Source: a virus
Virus record (IMG/VR): IMGVR_UViG_3300042562_001046
Coordinates: 2,776 to 66,775 of that record
Length of the DNA: 64,000 bases
Direction: 5' to 3' (one strand)
How positions within the stretch are numbered: position 1 is the stretch's first letter; the number at the start of each line of letters is the position of its first letter. The translations under genes and the position numbers were made by a program. The notes below the pieces were generated by a model, which saw nothing but the letters and a program-made list of their open reading frames with translations, was not told the DNA's origin and searched no databases. This document shows positions 29,070 to 38,755 of the stretch, piece after piece.

Positions 29070-29423
29070 TTATTTGTAGAAGCGGAGCCGGGTCAGGGAC
29101 TGCGCTGTCAGCTCCTCCAGCTCAGCCAGAATGTTCAGCAGCGCCTGGCTCTCGTGGTCTTCCTCCAGCTCAGCGGCGATGCTGGCCAGGTAGTCCTCCA
29201 GCAGCGGAATCGGGGTCATTCGGGGCGGCGCGACCGAGGGGAAAGTCTTGATCTGCTCGTACAGCCCCATGTAGACCTCGGCGTACTTGTCGACCAGGTC
29301 AATCAGCCCCTCGTAGAACGTCTGGAGGGCGACGTGCTGGGCGTAGGTGCTGGCGCTGAAGTGCAGGAGGTGCGCGGCGGTGCGCACGGCGAAGGACTGG
29401 GCGATGAATTCAGGGCAGCTCAT
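29070..29423 (-). CDS. Ferritin/Dps-like four-helix protein (DUF5856-like)
   Basis: Start at MSCPEF; AHLLHF...TYAQHVAL..FYE.L..LVD..AE.YMG pattern. Confidence 0.7.
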   Translation of the reverse strand: MSCPEFIAQSFAVRTAAHLLHFSASTYAQHVALQTFYEGLIDLVDKYAEVYMGLYEQIKTFPSVAPPRMTPIPLLEDYLASIAAELEEDHESQALLNILAELEELTAQSLTRLRFYK

Positions 29424-29436
29424 GGGGTGGAGAGCG

Positions 29437-30987
29437 TCACGCGCCCATAAACGAGCTGGAGCCCGAAGATGCGAGCCGACTGCGCCATGATTCAGGCTCC
29501 TTGAACACGATTTTTCGGGGCGGCTCGCTGCCGATCGCCATCTGCGTGGCCCAAGCCAGGGAGTCGACACAGTCGTCGTGTACACCAGCGGGGAACCTCA
29601 ACATCTCGAGCCGACAGGCGTCGTACCACTCCGCTTCAGCAGCAAAGCTCACCCTCCCCTGCTGCAGCCGGCCCTGGAGTGGGCGGGCTCGCGCCAGCTT
29701 GTCCGTGATCGGCTTCAGCACCTGGATGGATGGGTATTCGCGTCGTTCTCTCATTCTCTTCTTTAATAGAGATTCGATTGCACGGTAAATCTGCCCGTCT
29801 TCAAACCCGAGCTGCTGGCCGGAAGTGTACCATCTCTTACTTAGATTTAAGATTGCCTCAACGATGTACAGGGCGTCGCCAGACTTGAAGCGGACCTGCT
29901 CGGCCACGTGCAGCGTGTCGTTCTCGTCCTGCAGCAGCACCGTGCCGACCGTGTAGTCGTTCTGTTTCTTCTCGCTGATGGCGAAATCCCACGCGATAAA
30001 CACGTTCACCCGCGACAGGTGCGGCAGCGCAGCCCGGCGGAAGTGCTCCTTGAGGAAGTAGGCCCCGTCATCGGGCACCGGGTTCTGCTGGAACAGGGCC
30101 GACCAGAACCTGGGGCTGATGGTGCGCTTGATCCGGTTGAGCTTCTGCAGGTCGTAGCGCTCCGGGTGCAGCGCCTCGCCCTTGCCGCGCAGCTTGTGGC
30201 CGTTTTCCGGGGGCTCGTACACGATTAGATCCGTGTCGTAGTCCAGATACTCGTCGCTTTCGGCGATCGCGGGGTACTTCACCACCACAAACTGGTCCGC
30301 CTCGGGGTCGGCCATGGCGTTCTGCAGCCGCCCGGCCAGATCATCGTCGTGCCACCAAGTCTGCGTCAAAAGTACGCCGCCACCAGGCGCCAGGCGGGTA
30401 TAGGCGGTCGAACCGTACCAATCCCACAGTTTCTCCCGTATATCCCCCGAATCCGCCTCCTCGGCGTTCTTAATAGGGTCGTCGATGCTCAGAATGTGGG
30501 CGCCCTTGCCCGTAATCCCGCCACCGACCCCTGCGGCCACGTAGCCGCCCCGAGAGCCCTGCAGGCCCCACTCCTCAGCGGCCTGGAAATTCGGGTTCAG
30601 ACGGGTCTCGTACACGCTGTGGTAGGCCGGATCCTCCAGCACCTCCTTCACTTTCCGGCTGAAAGTCATCGCCAGGCCCACGTTGTACGAGCAATTGATG
30701 ATCTCGTGGTCCGGGTGCCGGCCCAAGTGCCAGGGCGGGAACATCCGGGAGCTGAGCTCTGATTTCCCGGCCCGTGGCGGCATCAGCAGCATCAGCCGGG
30801 GGCTCAGGCCCTTGGCCACGTCGTCGCTGAACTTCTCCAGCCGCCGGCAGATGTCCTGGTGGACCCAGCCCGCGCTGTAGCGGGGGTTGATCCGCTGCAC
30901 AAACGGCAGCAGCCGTCGCCGTGACAGCAGCCGAGAGGCCATCTCGATCTCGATGGCCGTGGGAGCCTTGGGGGCCTTGGTCTTCAT
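29437..30987 (-). CDS. terL: Terminase large subunit
   Basis: Walker A MPPRAGKS, Walker B IDDPIK, TWWH.DDL.G coupling motif, and RNase H nuclease DFAIS...HDD.VD. Confidence 0.95.
   Translation of the reverse strand: MKTKAPKAPTAIEIEMASRLLSRRRLLPFVQRINPRYSAGWVHQDICRRLEKFSDDVAKGLSPRLMLLMPPRAGKSELSSRMFPPWHLGRHPDHEIINCSYNVGLAMTFSRKVKEVLEDPAYHSVYETRLNPNFQAAEEWGLQGSRGGYVAAGVGGGITGKGAHILSIDDPIKNAEEADSGDIREKLWDWYGSTAYTRLAPGGGVLLTQTWWHDDDLAGRLQNAMADPEADQFVVVKYPAIAESDEYLDYDTDLIVYEPPENGHKLRGKGEALHPERYDLQKLNRIKRTISPRFWSALFQQNPVPDDGAYFLKEHFRRAALPHLSRVNVFIAWDFAISEKKQNDYTVGTVLLQDENDTLHVAEQVRFKSGDALYIVEAILNLSKRWYTSGQQLGFEDGQIYRAIESLLKKRMRERREYPSIQVLKPITDKLARARPLQGRLQQGRVSFAAEAEWYDACRLEMLRFPAGVHDDCVDSLAWATQMAIGSEPPRKIVFKEPESWRSRLASSGSSSFMGA
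29834..29853 (-). promoter_or_regulatory. 20-bp dispersed motif copy inside terL (ATCTTAAATCTAAGTAAGAG)
   Basis: AT-rich island inside terL using codons atypical for this genome (TTA AAT CTA AGT AAG AGA). Confidence 0.6.
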
Positions 30988-31259
30988 TCCATGGGGCGCA
31001 TGTCAATGAACACCGGCGTGCCCTCCCCCATGTAGGCGGGCAGGATGTTGAACTCAAACCACTCCTCGGCTTCTTCCCGGGGCATGTCGCGGGCCAGCAC
31101 GTCGATCACCATGGTGCGGTCGTAGGCAGCCACCCGCATTCCGCCCGCCCGCTCACAGACGCCGATCACGGCTGCGTCGAACGCCACCGGATCCAGCAGA
31201 TGGGCCGGGGCTTCGTCATCGCCGAGGAGTTCGTGCAGGCGGTCGCGGGTGTAGGTCAT
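30984..31259 (-). CDS. Conserved phage hypothetical protein
   Basis: FDAAVIG...AYD...EEA.EWFEFNI..AYMGEGTPVF; ATGA overlaps on both sides. Confidence 0.75.
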   Translation of the reverse strand: MTYTRDRLHELLGDDEAPAHLLDPVAFDAAVIGVCERAGGMRVAAYDRTMVIDVLARDMPREEAEEWFEFNILPAYMGEGTPVFIDMRPME

Positions 31260-31879
31260 GGGGTGTGCTCGAGGAGTTGTACGGGAGGGTTGCCCTTGGC
31301 GATCATGTCGAGCAGCTCGGCGTCGCTCATGCCGGTCAGGCGCTGGTGGACCACGTTGCCGCTGACGTCGACCTTGATCTTGTGCTCCACGGGGGCGTAG
31401 TAGCCGCAGATCTTCCCGACCTCGCGCCAGCCGGCAATCATGGAGGCGGGCTCACTCATGAGCTTGGCCATCTCGATCGCCTCCAGCATCCCGTCCATCA
31501 CCTTCTTGCGGGTCATCTGCACCGCCTCCTGATAGTGGGCTTCGTGCTGAGCTTTGAGGGCCAGGACGTTGGGCATCCGGGCCAGGCGGTAGCCGACGCC
31601 GTCGCCGGCGTACCCGGCACGCAGGGTGGCGTTCGGGATGGTGTCGCCCTCGGCCCACGCCTGGACGAAGCGCTTCATCTTCTCGGTGAGGGGTTTGTTG
31701 GGGTCGATCTCGCTGGCGCCGGCGTTTGTGCTGGTGTCTCTACCGCGTGCCCGGGCGACGTCGACGCCTCGGTCGGTGACGTTGACACCGCGCTGGTTTT
31801 TGCGCGGCGCGTCTAGCTTGGGCTCTAGGTCATGCCGGCGCTGGGCTCTGACGGACGGGTTCTTCATTCGTGCGGTCAT
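31256..31879 (-). CDS. terS: Terminase small subunit
   Basis: LTEK.KRFV....A.LRAGY HTH; first gene of the late arm, upstream of terL. Confidence 0.75.
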   Translation of the reverse strand: MTARMKNPSVRAQRRHDLEPKLDAPRKNQRGVNVTDRGVDVARARGRDTSTNAGASEIDPNKPLTEKMKRFVQAWAEGDTIPNATLRAGYAGDGVGYRLARMPNVLALKAQHEAHYQEAVQMTRKKVMDGMLEAIEMAKLMSEPASMIAGWREVGKICGYYAPVEHKIKVDVSGNVVHQRLTGMSDAELLDMIAKGNPPVQLLEHTP

Positions 31880-31886
31880 AGTTTTA

Positions 31887-31906
31887 TTCTATCTTAGAGC
31901 TTAGAT
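31887..31906 (-). promoter_or_regulatory. 20-bp dispersed motif copy upstream of terS (ATCTAAGCTCTAAGATAGAA)
   Basis: About 8 nt upstream of the terS start; a degenerate second copy lies at 31911-31930. Confidence 0.7.
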
Positions 31907-32119
31907 GAATAGGAAACTTAGATTCTAGGTAAAAAATTTCTGAAAAATTTAGAGATTCGGCTCCGTGAGTCTCCCCTCCCCGTTCCCGAATTCACCGCCC
32001 CCCGGTTCGGATTCGTGATCGGGCTGGAGGGGAAAAACCAAATACCACGCCGAGCGGAGCTCGTCGTACCGCATGAGCTGTTTGAGCAAGTTCGCTCTGT
32101 TTCTCTAGAAAGCGTCACC

Positions 32120-32356
32120 ATGTCCTCATTCGGCACAACCCTTGGCCGCGGCATTGCCCGCGTTGCAGCAACCACCGTCCACGCTGGCGCTGTCACTTGG
32201 ACAGCCACTGGCAACTTCGGCGAAGACCTCGCCTCTGGCTACACAGCTGGCTACGCCGAGCACTCGGCACGTCTTCAGGCTATCCGCGCTGGCATGCCAG
32301 TGCAGAAGCTCAACATCAACGTCGTGCGCCCAGCACGTCGCACTGCCAAGGCGTAA
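32120..32356 (+). CDS. Hypothetical early protein
   Basis: First ORF of the plus arm; ATG MSSFGTT chosen as the start. Confidence 0.55.
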   Translation: MSSFGTTLGRGIARVAATTVHAGAVTWTATGNFGEDLASGYTAGYAEHSARLQAIRAGMPVQKLNINVVRPARRTAKA

Positions 32357-32512
32357 GCCTTGCCACCTCGGGGCTAAGGCTCCGAGGCCTCTTCGCACCC
32401 TGCACCCCAACTCCCCCTCACTCTTAAGGACTCATCATGAGATATCTCGCCCCGTTGTTGCTGCTTGCGTTCGGTGTTGGCTCATTGGTCACGATCTTGT
32501 GGTGATCAGAGC

Positions 32513-32785
32513 ATGAACAACGTCATCACACCCCAGGCTACCGAAGCCCAAGTCATCGCGCTCAACGAGCGCATCGCCTCCCTCGAAGCTCAGCTCGCCC
32601 TCGCACGCACGTGCTACCGCGCACTGCGCGACAGCATCACCGCACCCGTGGTGTTCACGGCGGTGGCCACCACCGCACCTACGGTCACCCGCTACCGCGA
32701 CGCACTCGGTCGCGAATGGATCAAGACACGCATCGGCACGCGTGCCACCTCTCGGCTCGCTGAGCCTGAGCTCGTCGCTGCGTAA
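32513..32785 (+). CDS. Hypothetical protein
   Basis: ORF with a short coiled coil and codon usage matching the arm. Confidence 0.55.
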   Translation: MNNVITPQATEAQVIALNERIASLEAQLALARTCYRALRDSITAPVVFTAVATTAPTVTRYRDALGREWIKTRIGTRATSRLAEPELVAA

Positions 32786-32863
32786 TCCACCACCGCGTAA
32801 CAACGTGGTCTTTCAACCGCAGGGGTGCTCAGCACCTCTGCTATCTATTTAGGAGCAATCATC

Positions 32864-33133
32864 ATGACTCACAAGTTCTCTGTCAACGGGGTGGAGGTCA
32901 CAGTACCGGATTGCGTGGCCACCGCCGTGTGCGCTATGGCTCTCGTGGTCGCTGGGAACTGCCGCGCCTCGCTAAGGGTCGAGGCAATCAAGCTGGTACG
33001 CACCGCTGGCCTCGGCCTGTACGAGGCCAAGCACATCGTCGACTACATGTGGGACAACTTCAGCCTCAGCGAGGAGGGCGTGGTCTGCGCCGTCACCAAG
33101 TTGGTGAGCTACCACGGCCGCACGGATTACTAA
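32864..33133 (+). CDS. Hypothetical protein with ribosomal L7/L12-CTD-like motif
   Basis: VEAIKLVR..GLGLYEAK.IVD; AGGAG RBS. Confidence 0.6.
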   Translation: MTHKFSVNGVEVTVPDCVATAVCAMALVVAGNCRASLRVEAIKLVRTAGLGLYEAKHIVDYMWDNFSLSEEGVVCAVTKLVSYHGRTDY

Positions 33134-33135
33134 CC

Positions 33136-33447
33136 ATGATCGAAGTCGTACTTGCCTTCGGGCTCATCAACATCGTTTTTGAGTTCGTCTTGCTGAGCAT
33201 GTTGAAGCCGCGCACGCGGCTGCGACTGCTCGGAAATCATAATAGTCAAATACTATTGCACATCGGTTTCCTATTGATAAACCTTATCGTCCACTGGGGG
33301 ACCTTGATAGGGACGATGTCCTCAATCCTCGCATTTGTCTGCTCAATTGTGACGGTTCGCGGCGCTCAGTTGCTGTACGGCAGCATCGCTGAGAACCGCT
33401 ACTACACGCTCGGAATCATCAAGTATTCAAAGGCTGAACTCGCATGA
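33136..33447 (+). CDS. Small multi-pass membrane protein
   Basis: Three hydrophobic segments; lower GC than neighbours. Confidence 0.65.
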   Translation: MIEVVLAFGLINIVFEFVLLSMLKPRTRLRLLGNHNSQILLHIGFLLINLIVHWGTLIGTMSSILAFVCSIVTVRGAQLLYGSIAENRYYTLGIIKYSKAELA

Positions 33448-33799
33448 AGCACTACCGCATCTTCACCTGGGCCAAACGTCTTGGCCTGTCCAACACACGC
33501 GCTTGGCGCTTGGCCAACTATCTCTCGGAGTAGCAGCCTGAAACACAACGCCGGCTGAAGCCGGCGTACTGCGTGATCCGCTTGAGGAATTTCCCTCTGG
33601 AGGATTTATGGCTCAAACCTACGCATCCGGCACCTACACACGCATTGAATTCTTCGATGCGTGCTTTCACCACCATGACAACCGCCCACCTCTATGGTGC
33701 GTGCGCAAAGTTGGCATGGGTCAATCACGCGACTGGCCTCAGCCGCAGGTCATCGCACCAACCGACTGGGACGACTTCCTGTTCTAACCACACCACACC

Positions 33800-34039
33800 A
33801 TGCCAAACACCATCCAACTCCCCTACCTCGGCAAGCACGTCGAACCTCAGCCCAAAGCTGAGCGCGTCCGCACCATCGAGATCTCAATGGCTGACCTGCG
33901 CGACAACGAGCTGCGCAATCTCTCGACCCTTGACGACCCCGCGGACATCTTCATCCGCAAAGTGGAACACCTCGCCGAACTCCTCGGCTGCTCAGAACAA
34001 AAAGCTGAGCGGCTCCTGCTCGCTCGTCTCGCTGCCTAA
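33800..34039 (+). CDS. Hypothetical protein
   Basis: 79-aa ORF with arm-typical codon usage. Confidence 0.55.
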   Translation: MPNTIQLPYLGKHVEPQPKAERVRTIEISMADLRDNELRNLSTLDDPADIFIRKVEHLAELLGCSEQKAERLLLARLAA

Positions 34040-34104
34040 AACCCGTGCAAGTCTGCTGCACGTTAATCCGCAGGCGCAAACTCAACCACAACTGAAAGCA
34101 CGCC

Positions 34105-35013
34105 ATGAACAAATCTCCTGCCAAAACCCACCACTACTTCGACCTCTTCCAATTCATTGACGCCATCCCGTCCGTCGAAGTCGCTGCCCAAGTCGCCACA
34201 TCCACCGCCTGGCGCATCGACGTCACCATCATCAGCGCTGCACGGCAGATCTACAAAGCCGTGAAAGAAGAACTCTACAACCAGGGCGTCGACGAACGCG
34301 CTGAATTGACCAACGCACTCAACATGCAGGCTTTCGCCGAAGAGTCGTTCAGCGAGATCGGCTCATCACTGACTGGCCCGATCGCCACCATCAAGCACCT
34401 CACCTACCAGCGCGAAGCCTGGCAAGAACTGGCCAAACGCCTGACAGCACTGACCTGCAACTGGCAAGGCGTTCCAAACTTCTACGCTGAGAAGTCTCTC
34501 GAAGACCAAATCTTCAACCCCGGCAACATGAAAGTGTCCGGCGACACCAAGCGCAAACTCAAAATGGGAAGTCAACGAAAAGCAGAAGCCGCAGGTTCAC
34601 CCGAACTGGCAGCTGCCCTCTACGAGCGACAACTCGCACGCTCCGCAGGCAAAGCCGAGGACATCACAGCGCTAATGAAAACCCAAGCACAAGGCATCGC
34701 CTTCATGCTCGACGCAGCCGCCCGTCACGGCAACGTGCTCAACAAAGAAAGCTGCACACCGCAAGGTGAGCTGTCGCCACTGTTCTCTGGTCTGCCTGTC
34801 GACGTTCAGCGCATCCTCATCGACAACGCCATCAAGGCAGCGCAACGCGCAGAAGAGTGGGCAGCAGAAGATCGCTCCATCACTGAAAGTGGCTACGACA
34901 CCATCTGCATCTGCAGCCTCAAAGCTGTCGCCGAACTTCAGTCAGTCCTGAAAGCTCCCAAGTTCCGCGAACCACAGCAGCAAGCTGAAGCTGTCGAGAA
35001 CACCCTCGGCTAA
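34105..35013 (+). CDS. Hypothetical helical protein (302 aa)
   Basis: Long ORF followed by a GC hairpin at 35020-35047. Confidence 0.75.
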   Translation: MNKSPAKTHHYFDLFQFIDAIPSVEVAAQVATSTAWRIDVTIISAARQIYKAVKEELYNQGVDERAELTNALNMQAFAEESFSEIGSSLTGPIATIKHLTYQREAWQELAKRLTALTCNWQGVPNFYAEKSLEDQIFNPGNMKVSGDTKRKLKMGSQRKAEAAGSPELAAALYERQLARSAGKAEDITALMKTQAQGIAFMLDAAARHGNVLNKESCTPQGELSPLFSGLPVDVQRILIDNAIKAAQRAEEWAAEDRSITESGYDTICICSLKAVAELQSVLKAPKFREPQQQAEAVENTLG

Positions 35014-35084
35014 ACCCCAGAAACCCAGGCCGCAAGGTCTGGGTCTCACGCCGGGCTTGTTTGATGGGCAACTGCCTATTTTTT

Positions 35085-35242
35085 AGGCAATTACGGAATT
35101 TCACTTAAAAGCCCAAACCCCTTACTGTAAAAGACTATCTCTCTCAATACTACACTTCCCTTTTTTAAATCTTAATTTAGTAAGTGTAAGTGTAATATAT
35201 AGAGGGGTTTACCAATGAAAAGGGGTCTAACGCTATTACACC
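35085..35242 (+). repeat. Inverted repeat, left copy (IR-L); AT-rich, candidate replication origin
   Basis: Reverse complement of 61192-61349. By hand alignment there are 14 mismatches in 158 bp and no gaps; 35139-35231 is identical. Confidence 0.95.
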
Positions 35243-35308
35243 TGTGAGCGCCCCGTTTTGGGGGTCTATGATGACTTTTCGACCAAAACGATCTGAAGAG
35301 GTAAAAAC

Positions 35309-37711
35309 GTGAAACTGACCTTCCTAAATGCCCCGGTGCCGTTAACTAAGTCTTACACCAAACTGACAGATGGCACGATCGAAAAAAGTTCGTACCCCAA
35401 TGTTTGGGAGGTGACATCGATCATCGAAGACTGCCGTGACCTCAAGCACTTCGAGACCCTGATCAACAAACACGCAGCCCTCGGCAACTGCCTGCTCAAA
35501 GGCATGGTGCTGCGTGATCTGTTCTGTGAATCCCGCAAAGACTCCACCGACCGCAACGGCACCACGGAATGGCTGTGCCTGGACATTGACGGGATCGAGC
35601 CTCAGTTCAGCACCACAGTGCAGCGCTTTGACAAGACATCGCGAGCCTTCGTCGATGTGCCCGTCGTGCTCCCAGTCACTGTTGACTATCTCCTGCAAGA
35701 GATGGGCCTCGGCGAGGTGTCCTACATCTTGCAGTGGTCAGGCTCTATGAACATCACTGGCCCTGCCCTGCGCTGCCACGTGTTCATCATGCTAAGCAAA
35801 CCTGTCTCCGCACCACTTGTCAAACAGTGGCTGATTCAGAAGAACCATGAGGTTGACATTTTTCAGCAGCACCAACAACTCACCAAGACCGGCAACTCCC
35901 TCACCTGGGGGCTTGACATCACCGCCTGCCAGTCCGACAAGCTGATCTACATCGCCCCGCCAGTCCTCAAGGGCATCAAAAACCCACTGGGTCGTCTACC
36001 CCGTGTCAGCCTGGTCACTCGCCCCCAAGCCACCTTCGACCTGGTGGATCAGATCAACACCACCGAACAGAACCGCGTGCTCACCGACACCCGTGTGCTC
36101 GAGCTGCGCGACATTGCAGGCCTACCCAAGCGCAAGCTGACCTACAAGACCGTGGGTGCTCACCAGGTGCTGGCCAAGCCCGACGAGTGCATCGCCACTG
36201 AGATCAAACAAGACCGGGGCTTCGTCTACTTCAACCTCAACGGTGGTGACTCCTGGGCCTACTACCACCCAGAAAACAACCCTGACTACATCTTCAACTT
36301 CAAAGGTGAGCCGGTGTATCTCACCAAGGAGCTGCTGCCCACGTACTGGGAGTCGTTGAAGTCACAAGCCTACCGCACCAGCTCAACAGGGCTGACCTAC
36401 CTGGCCTTCCTGGACCGTCAAACCAGCGTCTACTGGCGCGGCACCTACGACGCAGCCACTGACGACCTGAACATCAACCAGGCCAAGACCGAGACCATGG
36501 TCCGCCAGTTCGCAGACTCCAACGGCCTGCGGCTGGGCGACAACATCCCTGAGTGGGACATGACCTTCAACCCCCATGACAACGTGCGGGTCGACTTCGC
36601 CAACAACACGGTCAACACCTTTGAGCTAACTGAGTACATGCGCACGCCAGTGAGACGTGTCTCCAAGTGCCCTCCCGTCACCTTCAAGATCATCAGCCAC
36701 GTCCTTGGAGACGATGTTGACGCCGTCGAGCACTTCATGAACTGGATCAGCTTCATCGCTCAGGAGCGCGACCGCACCATGACCGCGTGGATCTGGCAGG
36801 GCACCCAGGGCACCGGCAAGGGCCTGCTGATGAACAAGATCCTGGCCCCTCTGTTCGGCACCCGACAGACCGCCATCAAACGCGCCAGTGAATTGTCAGA
36901 AAAGTGGACCGACTTCGTTGCCAACAAGTTCCTCGTCTTTATCGACGAGGTTCAGACATCTGCGTTCCGCGACGAGGCCAACGTGATCAGCAACCTGAAG
37001 AACCTGATCACAGAACCGACCGCCCAGATCCGCATGATGAACCGCAACACCTACGACGTGCCGAACCACTCGAACTGGATCTTCGCCTCCAACAAACCCG
37101 ACCCTGTCTCGGTAGACAAGGAAGACCGGCGCTTCAACGTCGGTCCCTACCAGGCCAAGAAGCTGCAGATCACTCAGAAGGAGCTGGACCAGATCGACAA
37201 GGAGCTGCAGGAGTTCCACCACTACCTGATGAGCTACGCCGTCGACAAGATCCAGGCCAGCACGGTGCTGCAGAGCTCAGCCCGCACTACCCTGATTGAG
37301 CTGTCCCAGACCACCTCAGAATCCACTGCCAGCGCCCTGAACGAAGGCAACATGCAGTTCTTCCTCGACCAGCTGCCCACCAGTGACCTGTACAAAACCG
37401 ACCATCTCAGTCTCAACCGCGTCGAGACCTACCGGCGAACTTTGTTCGACATCATCCAGCGCACGCGCAGCGACGGCAACTGCAACATCCGTCGTGATGA
37501 GCTGTTCGTGATCTTCGACTACACCGTTGGCGGCATGAACCCAAGTCCAACGACGTTCACCCGCTTCCTAGGACATCGCCAGATCACCGTGAAGCCGGTG
37601 AGCATCCAGGGCAAGACTGACAGAGGCACGACGACGACCTGGCAGGACGTGGCCAGCTTCCCGGCCTACCTGAAGGCAACCTTCGCCGAAATTAAAATAA
37701 AAACAGCTTGA
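35309..37711 (+). CDS. Primase-SF3 helicase (DUF5906/D5-like)
   Basis: N-terminal LDID and H motifs; C-terminal GTQGTGKG Walker A, FIDE Walker B, FASN and DRRF. Confidence 0.9.
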   Translation: MKLTFLNAPVPLTKSYTKLTDGTIEKSSYPNVWEVTSIIEDCRDLKHFETLINKHAALGNCLLKGMVLRDLFCESRKDSTDRNGTTEWLCLDIDGIEPQFSTTVQRFDKTSRAFVDVPVVLPVTVDYLLQEMGLGEVSYILQWSGSMNITGPALRCHVFIMLSKPVSAPLVKQWLIQKNHEVDIFQQHQQLTKTGNSLTWGLDITACQSDKLIYIAPPVLKGIKNPLGRLPRVSLVTRPQATFDLVDQINTTEQNRVLTDTRVLELRDIAGLPKRKLTYKTVGAHQVLAKPDECIATEIKQDRGFVYFNLNGGDSWAYYHPENNPDYIFNFKGEPVYLTKELLPTYWESLKSQAYRTSSTGLTYLAFLDRQTSVYWRGTYDAATDDLNINQAKTETMVRQFADSNGLRLGDNIPEWDMTFNPHDNVRVDFANNTVNTFELTEYMRTPVRRVSKCPPVTFKIISHVLGDDVDAVEHFMNWISFIAQERDRTMTAWIWQGTQGTGKGLLMNKILAPLFGTRQTAIKRASELSEKWTDFVANKFLVFIDEVQTSAFRDEANVISNLKNLITEPTAQIRMMNRNTYDVPNHSNWIFASNKPDPVSVDKEDRRFNVGPYQAKKLQITQKELDQIDKELQEFHHYLMSYAVDKIQASTVLQSSARTTLIELSQTTSESTASALNEGNMQFFLDQLPTSDLYKTDHLSLNRVETYRRTLFDIIQRTRSDGNCNIRRDELFVIFDYTVGGMNPSPTTFTRFLGHRQITVKPVSIQGKTDRGTTTTWQDVASFPAYLKATFAEIKIKTA

Positions 37712-37728
37712 CCTTTTTTTATCTTCAT

Positions 37729-37759
37729 ATCTAAAATCTAATCCATGTCGAACTTAGAT
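37729..37759 (+). promoter_or_regulatory. Cluster of motif half-sites (ATCTAAA ATCTAAT ... GTCGAACTTAGAT)
   Basis: Spans the ATG at 37745. Confidence 0.5.
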
Positions 37760-38020
37760 AACCCAGTCGCCACCACCTCCATCCGCTTCCACGGAGCGGA
37801 TGTGCGCAACCTGGTGAGGTCAAGCCCCGCGATGACACAGGCCATCCGGGACATGTCGCTCGGCATGCTGGACGCAACAATCAACGTCTACACACAGCCC
37901 CGCATAGCAGACACTGAGCCAATGGAGTGGTCGATGACCATCTCCTCGCCCGTCGGGCGCCGCAGCCTCGCGCTGATCCAACGCAAGCCCAACAGCGCAG
38001 TGCTGATCACCGGCGAATAA
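37745..38020 (+). CDS. Hypothetical protein
   Basis: ORF following the primase gene. Confidence 0.55.
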   Translation: MSNLDNPVATTSIRFHGADVRNLVRSSPAMTQAIRDMSLGMLDATINVYTQPRIADTEPMEWSMTISSPVGRRSLALIQRKPNSAVLITGE

Positions 38021-38102
38021 GCCCCCGCTCCCCTCCCTAGCTACGCAGCGCCCGAAGACCGGGTGAAGCGCAGCTCGCCCTGAAATCTAAGAAAGGCCTT
38101 CG

Positions 38103-38258
38103 ATGAACGTCACTTATCTAACACGCGCTCGCCGGCACTTCAACTGCGCCGACCAGAAAACCAACCGCCACAACCAGCGGGCCTGGATCCGCTCGATCCG
38201 GTTTCTGGGCGCGAACTGGCTGCTGGCTCAACCCGTCACACGGACAACCACCCAATGA
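38103..38258 (+). CDS. Small phage protein, 51 aa (not in ORF track)
   Basis: MNVTYLTRARRHF...RHNQRAWIRSIRFLGANWLLA; AAAGG RBS. Confidence 0.6.
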   Translation: MNVTYLTRARRHFNCADQKTNRHNQRAWIRSIRFLGANWLLAQPVTRTTTQ

Positions 38259-38521
38259 AGATTGAAGTCGAAGTCTCTGAAGCAGAGCTGAAGGATGCTC
38301 TGGCCCACCACGTGCGCACAGCTGTCGCTGACCGCATCCACGCCTGGGGCCAGCAGAACCTACTTAAAGAAGCCGTGGCCGCGAAGTACCGCGAACTCGT
38401 CTCTGAGCTGGTCGAAGAAGAGCTGCGGAAAGCTCCACAGATCCGCGAGCAGATCCAGCAGGCCCTGATCAACAAGATCCGCGGGCAGCTCACCACGGCG
38501 ATGAACAAGAAGACACCATGA
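38255..38521 (+). CDS. Hypothetical protein
   Basis: Translationally coupled by ATGA overlap. Confidence 0.6.
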   Translation: MKIEVEVSEAELKDALAHHVRTAVADRIHAWGQQNLLKEAVAAKYRELVSELVEEELRKAPQIREQIQQALINKIRGQLTTAMNKKTP

Positions 38522-38572
38522 CCACACCACGATCTCGCTTGCTGCTTTTTGTTTTCTGCTGGGGTACTTGAC

Positions 38573-38755
38573 ATGAAAACACCCCTGCCTACATGTTACG
38601 GACTGGTTGGCTACACCGAAGCTCAAATGCTTGAGTACGGCAAAGCAGAGTTTGAACGGGCGCTGCTACTGGCAATGAACGCAACTAAAGCATTTGGTAA
38701 GACTGGCGATGTGATTGCGGTAGTGATCGGACACATAAAGAGGGATGAAACATGA
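38573..38755 (+). CDS. Hypothetical protein
   Basis: GYTEAQMLEYG motif; coupled to the next gene. Confidence 0.5.
   Translation: MKTPLPTCYGLVGYTEAQMLEYGKAEFERALLLAMNATKAFGKTGDVIAVVIGHIKRDET

Noticed and set aside
27599-29251. 550-aa plus-strand ORF
   Set aside because: Antisense shadow of the portal gene caused by GC-rich codon bias; no recognisable motifs.
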